A stretch of 64,000 nucleotides of DNA from a bacterium (GCA_963674965.2 CAXXFL010000007.1:32001-96000), one strand, 5' to 3'. Shown: positions 8,124-18,195, counted from the first letter of the stretch. Program-made: numbers and translations. The notes: generated from the letters alone by a model not told the origin.

Positions 8124-10388
8124 ATGAGCCCGAAAGTACTAATTATTGAGGACCAGATATCCTTGGCTCAAGCCATCGCCAAGCTACTTGCGCGTTACAA
8201 GATCGAGGCGACCGTGAGCGGCGACGGCATAGAAGGGCTCAAGGCATATACTACCCGACCGTACGATTTATTGATCGTTGACCTCCACCTTCCCAAGCTC
8301 AGCGGCGTGGAGGTCATACGTAAAGTCCGATCCACCGCCCATGGCAAGGACCTGCCCATCATTATCATGACCGGCGTCTATAAAAGTCAGGATTACGCGG
8401 ACAAGGCCAAGGAGCTTTTCGGAATTAGACATTACCTTATCAAACCCTTCTCCCAGGAGGCGTTCTTGCAAGCCATTAAGGAATCTCTAAGACCCGAAGC
8501 CGGCCCCGGTCCGGAAAAGAAAAGCCCCGGCGGCCCCGAACCCGTCCGTCCTTCCACCACCGAGCGCCCGCCCGCTCGGCTCAAGTCCAAGGAGACCGTC
8601 GGCCCGGAACCGCCGCGGACCCAGGCCGGCGCCAACGGCCATCGCCCGGTGGCGGAGATAAAACCCCGGCAGGCGCTGATGGGAAACCTGAAGGACGCGC
8701 CCATGGACCGCCTTCTAATGGACTTCAAGGCCAACCGCTCGACGGGAACTCTTTTCGTCAAGCGAGAGGAGGAGGAAAGGACCATACTGTTCGTTGAAGG
8801 CTCCCCCATTGGTCTCGCCACCACGAAATCCGAGTGCTCCTATGGCAACCACCTGTTCTGCAAGGGCAAGATCAGCCTTATGGAATACCAGGTCTATCAG
8901 GGGCGGCGGAAAAACGGGACCGACTCCGACGAGCTGTTCATCAAGATGGGGGCCCTCGCCCCCGAGGAGCATGGAGCCCTTTGGCGGCAATACCTTCAAG
9001 AGTCTCTGATAAGCATGTTCGGATGGGAAAGGGCCGAGTTCACCTTCCAGCTCTGGCCCTGCCTGGAGGGCGCGCCCTGTCCCTCGGTGATCAACCTTGC
9101 CCACGTTATTCACCAGGGCTTCATCAGGCACTCGACTCCTCAGAGGACCGCGTCGCTACGGGAAAAGGCGGGCGATCGTTTCCTCGGCCTTACTCCCAGT
9201 TTTTACGATTACCAGATGCACATCCAGATCAACCCGGAGGAAAGTCTATTCCTCGACATGATGGACGGATCGAGACGGCTCGAGGAACTTCTTCCCGAGG
9301 ACCCGGAAAAGGCGGAAAAAATGCTTCGCTCCTTTGGGGCCTTCTCCGCTTTGGGCATGGTGTCCTTTCACGCGGCCCCGGAGTTAAAGGAGCTTGAGGC
9401 TCCCTTCCCGGTGCGGGAACGTCCCACCGTCGAGGTTAAGGTAACGGTCGAGGAGAAGGAGTACGAGGCTGAAGAGGCCCCCGAGGGGTCCGCCGAGGTC
9501 GAGGAGGAGACGGAGGAAGAAGCCGTTGCCCTGGGAGGCGAGGTGGGCTTTGACGACCTTCTGGGCGACCTCGAGGACGACCTGGGCGACGTGGTCGAGA
9601 GCATGCAGCCCGCGCCCCAGGCCGACGCCGCGAGAGGGGCCGAGGAGGAGCAGGGCAAAAAGGACGAGGAACTTATCGATTTCCTAAAGACCCTGGGCGA
9701 CAAGGACTACTATGAAATATTCGGCATGTCGCAAGGAAATTTCGACTTCAGCAAACTCAAGGATGAGTACTTCCGACTAACCAAGAAGTTTTCGCCGGAG
9801 CGCTTCATTACCAGCTCGGGCGACGTTTTGGAAAAGGCCGAAAACGTTCTTTCCCGCCTGGCCACGGGTTATAACACGCTTTCCAACGTGGTGAGCAAGG
9901 AAAAGTACGACGAGATGCTGGCGCAGAAAATCCGGGTCAGCGGCGGCCCGGGCTCCCGGGACAAGGACCACGACAAGATGCAGGCCGAGGTCGCCTTCCA
10001 GTCGGGCATGGCTTTCATTGCCATGAGCGACTGGGACGGGGCCGAGAAGTCCATGGCCGAGGCCATGAGTCTGGCGCCCGACAACCCGGACATCATCGCT
10101 CAGTACGCGTACACTATATATAACAGGAACAAAAAGTCCAAGGCGATCCAGAACCGGGCCAGGGAGCTTCTGGCCCAGGCCCTCAAGATAAAGCCCAAAT
10201 GCGCTCCCGCTTTCGCCTATCGCGGGGCCATGCTCTTTGAGGAGGAAAAGGTCGCACTGGCGGAGGCCGACTTTAAGAAGGCCCTTTCCATCAATCCCCG
10301 CTACAAGTTCGCCCTCAAGGGCCTCAAAAAGATCGAGGCCGCCAGGCAGGACGAGAAAAAGGGCTTCTTCGGCAGGTTCATGAAATAA
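8124..10388 (+). CDS. Response regulator: REC + DUF4388/PatA_N-like + J-like domain + TPR
   Basis: REC (IIED, IVDLHLP, MTG, IKPF); GNLKDAPMDRLL...STGTL; DYYEIFG...KKFSPERF; C-terminal TPRs. Confidence 0.8.
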   Translation: MSPKVLIIEDQISLAQAIAKLLARYKIEATVSGDGIEGLKAYTTRPYDLLIVDLHLPKLSGVEVIRKVRSTAHGKDLPIIIMTGVYKSQDYADKAKELFGIRHYLIKPFSQEAFLQAIKESLRPEAGPGPEKKSPGGPEPVRPSTTERPPARLKSKETVGPEPPRTQAGANGHRPVAEIKPRQALMGNLKDAPMDRLLMDFKANRSTGTLFVKREEEERTILFVEGSPIGLATTKSECSYGNHLFCKGKISLMEYQVYQGRRKNGTDSDELFIKMGALAPEEHGALWRQYLQESLISMFGWERAEFTFQLWPCLEGAPCPSVINLAHVIHQGFIRHSTPQRTASLREKAGDRFLGLTPSFYDYQMHIQINPEESLFLDMMDGSRRLEELLPEDPEKAEKMLRSFGAFSALGMVSFHAAPELKELEAPFPVRERPTVEVKVTVEEKEYEAEEAPEGSAEVEEETEEEAVALGGEVGFDDLLGDLEDDLGDVVESMQPAPQADAARGAEEEQGKKDEELIDFLKTLGDKDYYEIFGMSQGNFDFSKLKDEYFRLTKKFSPERFITSSGDVLEKAENVLSRLATGYNTLSNVVSKEKYDEMLAQKIRVSGGPGSRDKDHDKMQAEVAFQSGMAFIAMSDWDGAEKSMAEAMSLAPDNPDIIAQYAYTIYNRNKKSKAIQNRARELLAQALKIKPKCAPAFAYRGAMLFEEEKVALAEADFKKALSINPRYKFALKGLKKIEAARQDEKKGFFGRFMK

Positions 10389-10400
10389 GCGCCTTTTCCA

Positions 10401-13400
10401 TTATTGCTCGCTTTCCCATTCCTTGATAGTTTCTTCCATCTTCTTCCTGTTGGGTATGTTCGGGTTCAGTTCTATCGCCTTCTTGAAATGGCGGACGGCT
10501 TCCTTCTTTCTGCCCGCGCTCGCCAGCGCGGCCGCGTACTTGACGTGGACGATAGGATAATCATCTCCGTATTTTAGCGCGACCTCGAAGGCTTTCAGGG
10601 CCTCGGGGACCTTGCCCTGATCGAAGAGGCATACTCCCAACTCGACGTAAAACTCGGGATTGCTGGGCCAGACCTCGATGGCCTTGACAAGAAATTCTTC
10701 CTCTTTGGCCGGGTTGCCTTGTCTTCTCTCTATCCTGGAGACAAGCTCGAGGCAACGGTAGTTTCGAGGATGGATTGCAAGAGATTTGTCCGCCCACTCC
10801 CGCGCCGTCTTGAGGTCGCCCTTGTCAAAATATATCCCTGCCAGTATAAACGGGGCGAAGCTGTCCTCCGGGTTGTAAGCCGCGGCTTTTTCCAGAAGCT
10901 CGATAACTTCATCGCTTGGTCCCTCTTTTTTCCTTTTTTGAGCCGCAAGGTTGATCATCATATTGCATAGCCGTATTGACGCCCGCGGCGCCGGATAATG
11001 TCCGCCGAGGCTTTCCACGAATGACGCCAGTTCCATTACGTCGGACTCGCGCTCCTCGGCGTTGCCGCCGACCTCCTGCCTCATTTTGACGTATTTATTG
11101 CGTCCCTCCGATAACTTGGCAAGTTTTTCCCTTATCCTTCTTCCCTCATCCCCTTCCGGCAAATCCACGAGTATTACCGAGGCGTCCTGGCCCTTGGACA
11201 AGAAATTTTCCGCTATGTCAGTGAGTCTTTTCGTATCCCGGTCGAACGCGACGCCGGGCATGGTAAACTCGAACTGTCTTCTGTCGTCCACCTGCAAGGG
11301 TCCGTCGCCCACCAGTTCCATGATCCTTTCCTCGTTCATTACGAACCGGGCGAGCAGATTGTCCGGATTCACGTCGGCCCGGGCAAGGTCTTGCCTTATC
11401 TTCTCATTCTCGAACTTTGCCGCCAGAGATTGACAGGAAACTTTCAAGGGCTCATTGGAGCCGAACAGCAGATAGTCGCTCATCGGCGTGGACTCCCAAA
11501 GGGTGACGCTGGGAAAGACCGAGCAAAAAGTCCTGAGGGCCATGGCCAGGGTCCTCTCGTCCATGTTGTACACGTCAATCCACGCCAGCGCGACTCCGCC
11601 GGGATTGAGGCTGTTTTTCATGATTTCATAGAACTCGCGGGTAAACATTATCCCCTGACCCGCCTGCCAGGGATTGGAAGGCTCGCTTATGATAACGTCG
11701 TACTTGTCCTCTCCCAGGGCCAGATGATTTCTTCCGTCGTTAATAATGATTCTCAGTCTGGGGTCCTCGTAATCGAGGCCGCTGGCGTCCTTGAAGAACC
11801 TGCTGGCCTCGAGCACCGCGGGTGAAAGCTCGAGGGCGTCCAGCCTATCGAGGTCGTATTTGAGGGCGCTTCCCGAGGTCACGCCGCTGGCTAGACCCAG
11901 CACCATGACCTTCTTGGGGTCCTTGTGCAAAATGAGAGGAACATGGGCGAGTAGTATCTGGGTGGTCATGTCCAGGCTGGTGGTGGCGTCGGTCTTTCCA
12001 TTTATCTTGAGCACCAGGTCCTCGTCTATCCTCTGAGACAGAACGGACACCGTGGTTTCGGCGTCCTCCCTGAAATAACGCAGGATATAATTGCGCTCCA
12101 TTATTTGCCTGAGGTTATGGGCCGGACCCTGGTGGGAAAGATACACCGCTCCATATATATAGGGGCCGCTGTTTATCACCAAAGGGTCGGGGGGAGGCAT
12201 TGCCAGTATCATGACGATACCGCCACCCGCCAGGGTGGAGGATACAATCGTGGCCGCCCTCCTCGGCAGTTCCGAACCAAGGGTCCATAAAACGCCTATA
12301 AGCAGACTCGCCGCCGTGGCGAAAAGAACGGTGGGCCTGACGCCGAAGAAGTGAAGAAGCACGAAACCGGCCAGAAAGGCCCCGATGATCGATCCCACCG
12401 AGTTGGAGGCGTACACCCATCCCATGGGCTCGCCCGCTCCGGACCTCTCGCGGGCGACTACCCGGGCGATCAAGGGAAGAAGCATGCCCATCATTAATGT
12501 GGGAACGATAAGCAGGCCGAAGGTTACTCCGAAACGCAATAAGGTCATGGCCCGGCTGGCGGACCCGTATTCGGCCACCCAATAGTTCATCTTGACATTG
12601 ACCACCTCGAAAAGAGGGATCACCGCTATGGCGGAAAGGCCTATTACGAACTCCATCACCCCGGCCCAGAGAAGCGGCTTTTTTATCGAGTCCACCCATT
12701 TCGAGATAAGCGCGCCTCCAAAACCAAGGCCGCCTATGTAAGCCACCAGGATAATACTGAAACTATAGGTGCTACCCCCGAATATCATGGTGAAAGAACG
12801 AGTCCAGGCGATCTGGTAGATCAGGGCCGCCATGCCCGAAAGACAATATCCGAAAAGAACGAGCAAGGCGGTATTCGTCCATTTCGCCTCCTCCCCCTCG
12901 GGAGTTTTCACGTCCGTCCCGCCGCCTTTGGCTTTGAAACGGCCGCGCATGGCGAATACCAGGGCAAAGATCAATATATTGATCGCCGCCGCCAATATAA
13001 TGGTCCGCCAGTTGCCCAGGGCGGGAAGGATGACGAACCCGGCCAGGCCGGCGCCCACCATGGCCCCGATGGTGTTCAGAGCATAAAGACGTCCGGCCGC
13101 CAGCCCGAACCTTTCCCTCTCGAGGAGCGTGGCCTTGAGCAACACGGGCAAAGTCGCGCCCATGCAAAGGGTGGGTGGAAAAAGTATGGCCGCGCTGACC
13201 ATGAACCTCGTCATGTTGAAAATAAAAGGACTGTCCCATAAATTAACGTAGGAATAGGAGAGGATCGGCTTGGCCCAATCCACGAACAAAGGAACAAGGA
13301 GAGCGAAAGCTCCTATCAAGCCCTCCAGGACGCCATAGATCAAAATGGGGTCCTTCTTGCTCCGGTCAACCAGCCGGCCCCCGATAACGCTGCCGAGAGC

Positions 13401-13547
13401 CAGGCCGCCCATGAAGCTCACCACCACCGCCGTCACCGCGTGGGTCGTGCCCCCGAAGACCAGCACGAACTCACGGCTCCACACGACCTCGTAAACCAGG
13501 CCGCAGGCGCCGGATAAAAAGAAGAAAACGAAAATCAGATAATACAT
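10401..13547 (-). CDS. Fused MFS-like membrane domain / spermidine synthase-like methyltransferase with TPRs
   Basis: SGACGLVYEVVW-type duplicated TM halves, VLGLASGVT, DGRNHL, DVIISEPSNPW, C-terminal TPRs. Confidence 0.85.
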   Translation of the reverse strand: MYYLIFVFFFLSGACGLVYEVVWSREFVLVFGGTTHAVTAVVVSFMGGLALGSVIGGRLVDRSKKDPILIYGVLEGLIGAFALLVPLFVDWAKPILSYSYVNLWDSPFIFNMTRFMVSAAILFPPTLCMGATLPVLLKATLLERERFGLAAGRLYALNTIGAMVGAGLAGFVILPALGNWRTIILAAAINILIFALVFAMRGRFKAKGGGTDVKTPEGEEAKWTNTALLVLFGYCLSGMAALIYQIAWTRSFTMIFGGSTYSFSIILVAYIGGLGFGGALISKWVDSIKKPLLWAGVMEFVIGLSAIAVIPLFEVVNVKMNYWVAEYGSASRAMTLLRFGVTFGLLIVPTLMMGMLLPLIARVVARERSGAGEPMGWVYASNSVGSIIGAFLAGFVLLHFFGVRPTVLFATAASLLIGVLWTLGSELPRRAATIVSSTLAGGGIVMILAMPPPDPLVINSGPYIYGAVYLSHQGPAHNLRQIMERNYILRYFREDAETTVSVLSQRIDEDLVLKINGKTDATTSLDMTTQILLAHVPLILHKDPKKVMVLGLASGVTSGSALKYDLDRLDALELSPAVLEASRFFKDASGLDYEDPRLRIIINDGRNHLALGEDKYDVIISEPSNPWQAGQGIMFTREFYEIMKNSLNPGGVALAWIDVYNMDERTLAMALRTFCSVFPSVTLWESTPMSDYLLFGSNEPLKVSCQSLAAKFENEKIRQDLARADVNPDNLLARFVMNEERIMELVGDGPLQVDDRRQFEFTMPGVAFDRDTKRLTDIAENFLSKGQDASVILVDLPEGDEGRRIREKLAKLSEGRNKYVKMRQEVGGNAEERESDVMELASFVESLGGHYPAPRASIRLCNMMINLAAQKRKKEGPSDEVIELLEKAAAYNPEDSFAPFILAGIYFDKGDLKTAREWADKSLAIHPRNYRCLELVSRIERRQGNPAKEEEFLVKAIEVWPSNPEFYVELGVCLFDQGKVPEALKAFEVALKYGDDYPIVHVKYAAALASAGRKKEAVRHFKKAIELNPNIPNRKKMEETIKEWESEQ

Positions 13548-13729
13548 GTCGCCAACGGTTTCCTTTCATGGCCGGGCGATTGCCCGCAAAGGATTATAAG
13601 GCCAAGCTCCCGGCAATCTCGATGGAAGACGCTTTGATTATACAACGCGCCCCGTATATTATAGCGAGCGCCGATATAATGATTTTAACCCGATGATTGA
13701 GCGTGTCAATCCGTGGGAAAGGTCTGGGC

Positions 13730-14818
13730 ATGAAGAACAATGCTTTCGGAATAGGAATTATTGGAACGGGACTGATCGGGACCATGCACGCCGTCTCCCT
13801 GCAGAAGGCCGTCAAGGCCATCGGCAAACCGGTCAGGCTCGTGGCCGCGGCGGACAAGGACGCTAAAAGGGCCGAAAGGTTCGCGTCCGCCTTTGGCTTC
13901 GAGCGAGCCTCGACCGACTATAGGGAGATCGCGGACAATCCCGAAATCCAGGCGGCGTACGTTTGCACCTGGACCAGCGAGCATAAGGAAGCGGTGATGG
14001 CCCTCGTGGAGAAGGGCAAAAGCGTCTTTTGCGAAAAGCCCCTCGCTTTCACCGCCGGGGAAGCTCGGGCGATGTACAAGGCGGCCGTCGAGTCGGGGGT
14101 AACGCACCAGGTGGGCCTGGTGCTCCGCCGGGCCCCCGTTTGGAGCGCTCTCCGCGAGAAGATACTGGCCGGCGGCCGCGGTTTCCCCATCGCCGTCATT
14201 TTTCGGGACGACCAGTGCTTTCCCATCAAGGGCTCACACCCCGGCGAGTGGAGAAAGGACCCGGCCAAGGCGGGCGCTGGCTGTCTTATCGAGCACTCGA
14301 TCCACGATCTCGACCTTTTAGAGTGGATATTCGGTCCCATCCTGGAAGTGCGGGCCGAGACGGTCGAGCGTTTCGGCCACGCTGGAATCGAGGACCTGGC
14401 CAAGGTGGACCTGTACTTCGAGTCGGGCATGAGGGGGAGTTTGATATCCATCTGGCACGACGTATTAAACCGTCACTCGAACCGGAGGATGGAGGTTTTT
14501 TACGAAAAAGAATACCTGGCGGTCGAGTCCGAGTTCACCGGCCCCATCGCGCTGATGGCCGGGGAGGGACCGGCCAGGGTACTCAAAGAGGACGAGGTGA
14601 ACCGCATTTTTTGGGGTTCCCAAAATATATCCGACGAGCGCGAGCGTGAATTGACCCTTCATTTCGGGGCCCTCGAGGACTACCAGTTCCTCAAAAGCGC
14701 CATGGAGGGAAATCCCGCCGACCCTGACTTCAGCGTGGCCGTGAGGGCCCACGAACTGGTCGACGCCTGCTATCGGTCGGCCCCTGGGGGACGCAAGATC
14801 AAAGTAAAGGCGCGGTAG
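13730..14818 (+). CDS. Gfo/Idh/MocA family NAD(P)-dependent oxidoreductase
   Basis: GIIGTGLIG Rossmann motif, CEKP, EHSIHDLD. Confidence 0.9.
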   Translation: MKNNAFGIGIIGTGLIGTMHAVSLQKAVKAIGKPVRLVAAADKDAKRAERFASAFGFERASTDYREIADNPEIQAAYVCTWTSEHKEAVMALVEKGKSVFCEKPLAFTAGEARAMYKAAVESGVTHQVGLVLRRAPVWSALREKILAGGRGFPIAVIFRDDQCFPIKGSHPGEWRKDPAKAGAGCLIEHSIHDLDLLEWIFGPILEVRAETVERFGHAGIEDLAKVDLYFESGMRGSLISIWHDVLNRHSNRRMEVFYEKEYLAVESEFTGPIALMAGEGPARVLKEDEVNRIFWGSQNISDERERELTLHFGALEDYQFLKSAMEGNPADPDFSVAVRAHELVDACYRSAPGGRKIKVKAR

Positions 14819-14834
14819 AATCGTCTTAATGGTA

Positions 14835-15020
14835 GAGCTTCATGCAAAAGTCCCTTTCTTGACGGCATAGCCGCTTTGGATTGTGGTCGCTTGAGAGCGC
14901 TTTCGATGGCTTTGGCTTGACAAGGCCTAAGATTACAACGGCTAGCCTCGCGTCAAGCCGCTCGGAAGAAAAGCGGCGTCGAGCCGCCGCACTCCAAAGC
15001 GGGACTTTTGCAAGAGGCTC
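14835..15020. mobile_element. 186-bp MITE, copy 2 (inverted relative to copy 1)
   Basis: Ends GAGCTTCATGCAAAAGTCC / GGACTTTTGCAAGAGGCTC; flanks GGTA/GGTT (3 of 4 match); intergenic, 16 bp after a stop codon. Confidence 0.85.
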
Positions 15021-15076
15021 GGTTGAATAATTTTTAGTGAGGACTTTCGTTCCGGGACCTGTCCGGCGATACGATG

Positions 15077-15109
15077 TTGAACATTATATTATCATGGTGG
15101 TAATATAAT
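15077..15109 (+). promoter_or_regulatory. Promoter overlapped by a 12-3-12 inverted repeat (putative operator)
   Basis: TTGAAC at 15077; ATTATATTATCA-tgg-TGGTAATATAAT containing TG-n-TAATAT and TATAAT. Confidence 0.5.
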
Positions 15110-15216
15110 ACTCGCGACTCGGGAGTAAAATTTTAAGTACGGGGTTTCTCGTTGAATCGTTTGAGTTGAAAAAGACGATCGACCTTTTAAACGACCAATC
15201 GCGTTAGGAGTCTTAC

Positions 15217-17001
15217 TTGATACGCTGTATAAACCATCCTCAGTTGCACGCCAAGTACCATTGCGGCAAATGCGAGATAGGGCTTTGCGAGCACTGCGTG
15301 ACGCCGAAGGCCTTTGGCGCCTCCAAGCTTTACATGTGCCCCAAGTGCAACGAGCCCACGGCCGACCTGACGCCTTACATTGGCGTCCAACCCTTCTGGT
15401 GGGGGGTGGGAGACATTTTGCTCCGTCCCTTCCGGGAAGGAAATTGGGTCACCTTCATCGGGTGGGGCATCTTCGCCATACTGACCCTGGCGGTGGCCGA
15501 CTTCGCCATGAGCATGGGGGGCCTTTTCGCCATCATCGCCGCCGGCTTCTGTTACGCCCTTTATTACAGCGTGCTCATCTCTTATTTCTGGCGCATCATC
15601 GCCCGGAACGAGGACGGCAGATTGGAAATCCCCGACTTCGAGTACGAGGGCATGAGCGCTTCCCTTATCTGGCCGGTCGTGCAGTTCGTGGTATCTTTCG
15701 TCTCGGCGTATCTTCCCATCGTGGTTTTCGCCGTCTTCATGCTGACCAGTTTCGGTTTCATCTTCGAGGATATTGCCGGGTCGCCGGTGTTCGTGGCCTT
15801 CATCATCGTCTGCGTCGTTTTCGGGATCGTCGGCACCATGTTGATCCCGATGATCACGCTTTTAATCGGGGTTTTCCGGCGCATACCCATGGCTTTCAAT
15901 TATCCTTTCATAGTAAGGCAGATATTCAAGATACCCGTGGAATACGGCATCCTTTTAATTTTCGTCTTCGCCTTCATCATCGCCTACTCCATCGTCAAGG
16001 GCGTTTTTTTCGTCGCTCTGACTCCCTTAAGCTATACGTTCAGCAAAAGCATCGGCCTTGCCTTTATAAAAAATATCATCCAATACCCCATCGAGGGAGC
16101 GCTTCAACTCTACATTTTCATGATCATTGGACAGCTTCTGGGATACATGGCCTACCAGGCCAGGTTTAAGCTCAAGTGGTGGCCGGAAAACCAGTCCGAG
16201 CCGGTCTTTATGGTGCAGGGCAGGCCGGCCGATCTAAGCTACGAGCCCGCGCCGGTAATGACCTCGGCCATGCGGGCCGCCATGGTGGGGGGAGCGGCCG
16301 CCGCCGGCGCGTCCATCCCGCCGGGCTCGGCCTCCATTGCGCCTCCCATGGCCTCGGCGCCTCCCCGGTCTCCAGCGGCCACCGGGGCTCCAGCGGCCGC
16401 CCCGGTTCCCCAGCCGGCGGGACCGTCCTTTACCGACTCCGGCGCGGAGATGGAGATGGCCAAGCAGATAGCCGAGGGCATGCAGGTGCTGGCCCAGGGT
16501 AACGCCGACGAGGCCGCTTTCCACTTCCGCCAGGTCCTTGACCGGGACCCCACCCACCTTGGCGCCCTGCGGGGAATGGTCATGGTCTCGACCAAGGTAA
16601 GGAACGAGACCAACGCCTTCAAGTATGGCCGGCTGATGGGGGCGGAACTGTCCAGGAGAAGGGACTTCGAGGCGCTTTACGAGCAGTATATCGAGATAAG
16701 CAAAAGCTTTCCCGATTTCTCCTACGAGACGCGCGACCAGATGCTCGTGTCCAGGTGGCTGGTGCAGGAGCAAAAATTCATGGAGGCGGCCAAGCTCCTG
16801 CGCGAGGTGGGGGTCAACAACCCTCATGATCCGGACGCGCCCAAGGCCCTCTACCAGTGCGGCGAAATCCTTTGGAAAAAATGCGGCAAACCCGAAAACG
16901 GGGCCAAGATGTTCGAGTACATCCTGAAGAAATATCCGCACGTCAGCTTCGCCGATAAAATCAAGGAGGCCATGGGCCAGATTAAGGCGGAGTCTCAGTA
17001 G
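15217..17001 (+). CDS. B-box-type zinc finger + multi-TM (DUF4013-like) + Pro/Ala linker + TPR protein
   Basis: C-x2-H-x7-C-x2-C-x4-C-x2-C...CPKC; about 6 TM helices; TPR-like C-terminus; TTG start with AGGAG SD. Confidence 0.7.
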   Translation: MIRCINHPQLHAKYHCGKCEIGLCEHCVTPKAFGASKLYMCPKCNEPTADLTPYIGVQPFWWGVGDILLRPFREGNWVTFIGWGIFAILTLAVADFAMSMGGLFAIIAAGFCYALYYSVLISYFWRIIARNEDGRLEIPDFEYEGMSASLIWPVVQFVVSFVSAYLPIVVFAVFMLTSFGFIFEDIAGSPVFVAFIIVCVVFGIVGTMLIPMITLLIGVFRRIPMAFNYPFIVRQIFKIPVEYGILLIFVFAFIIAYSIVKGVFFVALTPLSYTFSKSIGLAFIKNIIQYPIEGALQLYIFMIIGQLLGYMAYQARFKLKWWPENQSEPVFMVQGRPADLSYEPAPVMTSAMRAAMVGGAAAAGASIPPGSASIAPPMASAPPRSPAATGAPAAAPVPQPAGPSFTDSGAEMEMAKQIAEGMQVLAQGNADEAAFHFRQVLDRDPTHLGALRGMVMVSTKVRNETNAFKYGRLMGAELSRRRDFEALYEQYIEISKSFPDFSYETRDQMLVSRWLVQEQKFMEAAKLLREVGVNNPHDPDAPKALYQCGEILWKKCGKPENGAKMFEYILKKYPHVSFADKIKEAMGQIKAESQ

Positions 17002-17059
17002 CTGCGGCGGGCGCTCGGCCATCCCGCCCGAGCGCGACCAAGGCAAGGAGGACTTTATT

Positions 17060-17260
17060 ATGGCGGTTGAACGAGTTACCAGGATCGTTGCCACGTCCCC
17101 CGACAACTTCGAGGGGGCCATCCAGGAGGGACTTAACAGGGCCAACAAGACCCTCAGGAACCTGCGCCGTATCGACGTGGTCCAGCACGCGGTGAGGCTC
17201 CAAAAGGGCAAGATCGCCGAATACGAGGTCACTCTCGACATCACCTTCGTGATAGACTGA
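17060..17260 (+). CDS. Dodecin family protein
   Basis: 66 aa with TS-x3-E-x-AI-x-EG-x2-RA-x-KTLRNL...G-x-I-x-EY-x-V...F pattern; GGAGG SD. Confidence 0.85.
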   Translation: MAVERVTRIVATSPDNFEGAIQEGLNRANKTLRNLRRIDVVQHAVRLQKGKIAEYEVTLDITFVID

Positions 17261-17277
17261 ATCCACTACCCAGATCG

Positions 17278-18159
17278 ATGAACGAGGAATTAAAGCCCGG
17301 ATCGGATATAGAGGCTCGCGGGCAAGGCGTCGCCGATAACGCTTGTCCGCCGTCCGGCGCGGTCTTCAACCAAGCCAAGATCGCGAATTTTTCACCGCCT
17401 CCTTATCCGCATCCCCCCCCTTACAAGGCCCGGCCCCGAGGCCCGTGGGGATTTTGGGTGACCATGGGCTGGATGATCCTGGCCCTCGCCCTCTCCATGC
17501 TCGCTGGCTTTGTCTCCATCATCTTTTACGCCGCCTGGGCCAACGTTAGCGGCGACGCTCCCCTTAAGGACCTCGGCTTTCAAAATCTGGCCTATGAAGG
17601 AGACTTCCTCTGGATATCCACCGCCATTAACGGCCATCTTTGGATTTGCCTCATGGTCTTCGCCGTCTTTACCCGCGCCTGTCTAAGCGGCTTTCCGGCG
17701 AGCGAATACATGGCCTTGAAAAAGCCGGCCAGGCTGGACGTCCTTCTCGGCGTTATGGCCCTGGGCGCCTATTACGTCGGCTCGGAAAAACTCATCGACT
17801 ATTTCAACGTGCCCGAGCCGGCCTGGATGCTGGGCGTTTATAGGTCGGCGGACTGCGTGCCCTGCCTCCTTTTCGCGGTCGTCGTCATCGCGCCGCTGGT
17901 TGAGGAATCCTTTTTCCGCGGCTTCGTATATAAAGGGGTCGAGAATCGGCTGGGGCCTTTTTGGGCCGTCGCCTTCACGGCCGTGCCCTGGACGCTGATC
18001 CACCTGGGCCAGTACGAGCCCGCTTATATCGTCTCCATACTCTGCCTGGGGGTCCTCTTTGGCCTCGCCCGCTGGAAGTCGGGCTCGATTTTCCTTCCCC
18101 TCGCCCTTCACGCGATAAACAACTCCATCGCCAGCTTTCAGATGATTCTCTTTTATTAG
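17278..18159 (+). CDS. CPBP (Abi/type II CAAX) intramembrane metalloprotease
   Basis: EE-x2-FRG, W-x3-H, H-x3-N motifs. Confidence 0.9.
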   Translation: MNEELKPGSDIEARGQGVADNACPPSGAVFNQAKIANFSPPPYPHPPPYKARPRGPWGFWVTMGWMILALALSMLAGFVSIIFYAAWANVSGDAPLKDLGFQNLAYEGDFLWISTAINGHLWICLMVFAVFTRACLSGFPASEYMALKKPARLDVLLGVMALGAYYVGSEKLIDYFNVPEPAWMLGVYRSADCVPCLLFAVVVIAPLVEESFFRGFVYKGVENRLGPFWAVAFTAVPWTLIHLGQYEPAYIVSILCLGVLFGLARWKSGSIFLPLALHAINNSIASFQMILFY

Positions 18160-18195
18160 GCCCCGCGTTAAATTGATTCAAGAATCAAGGCGCGT

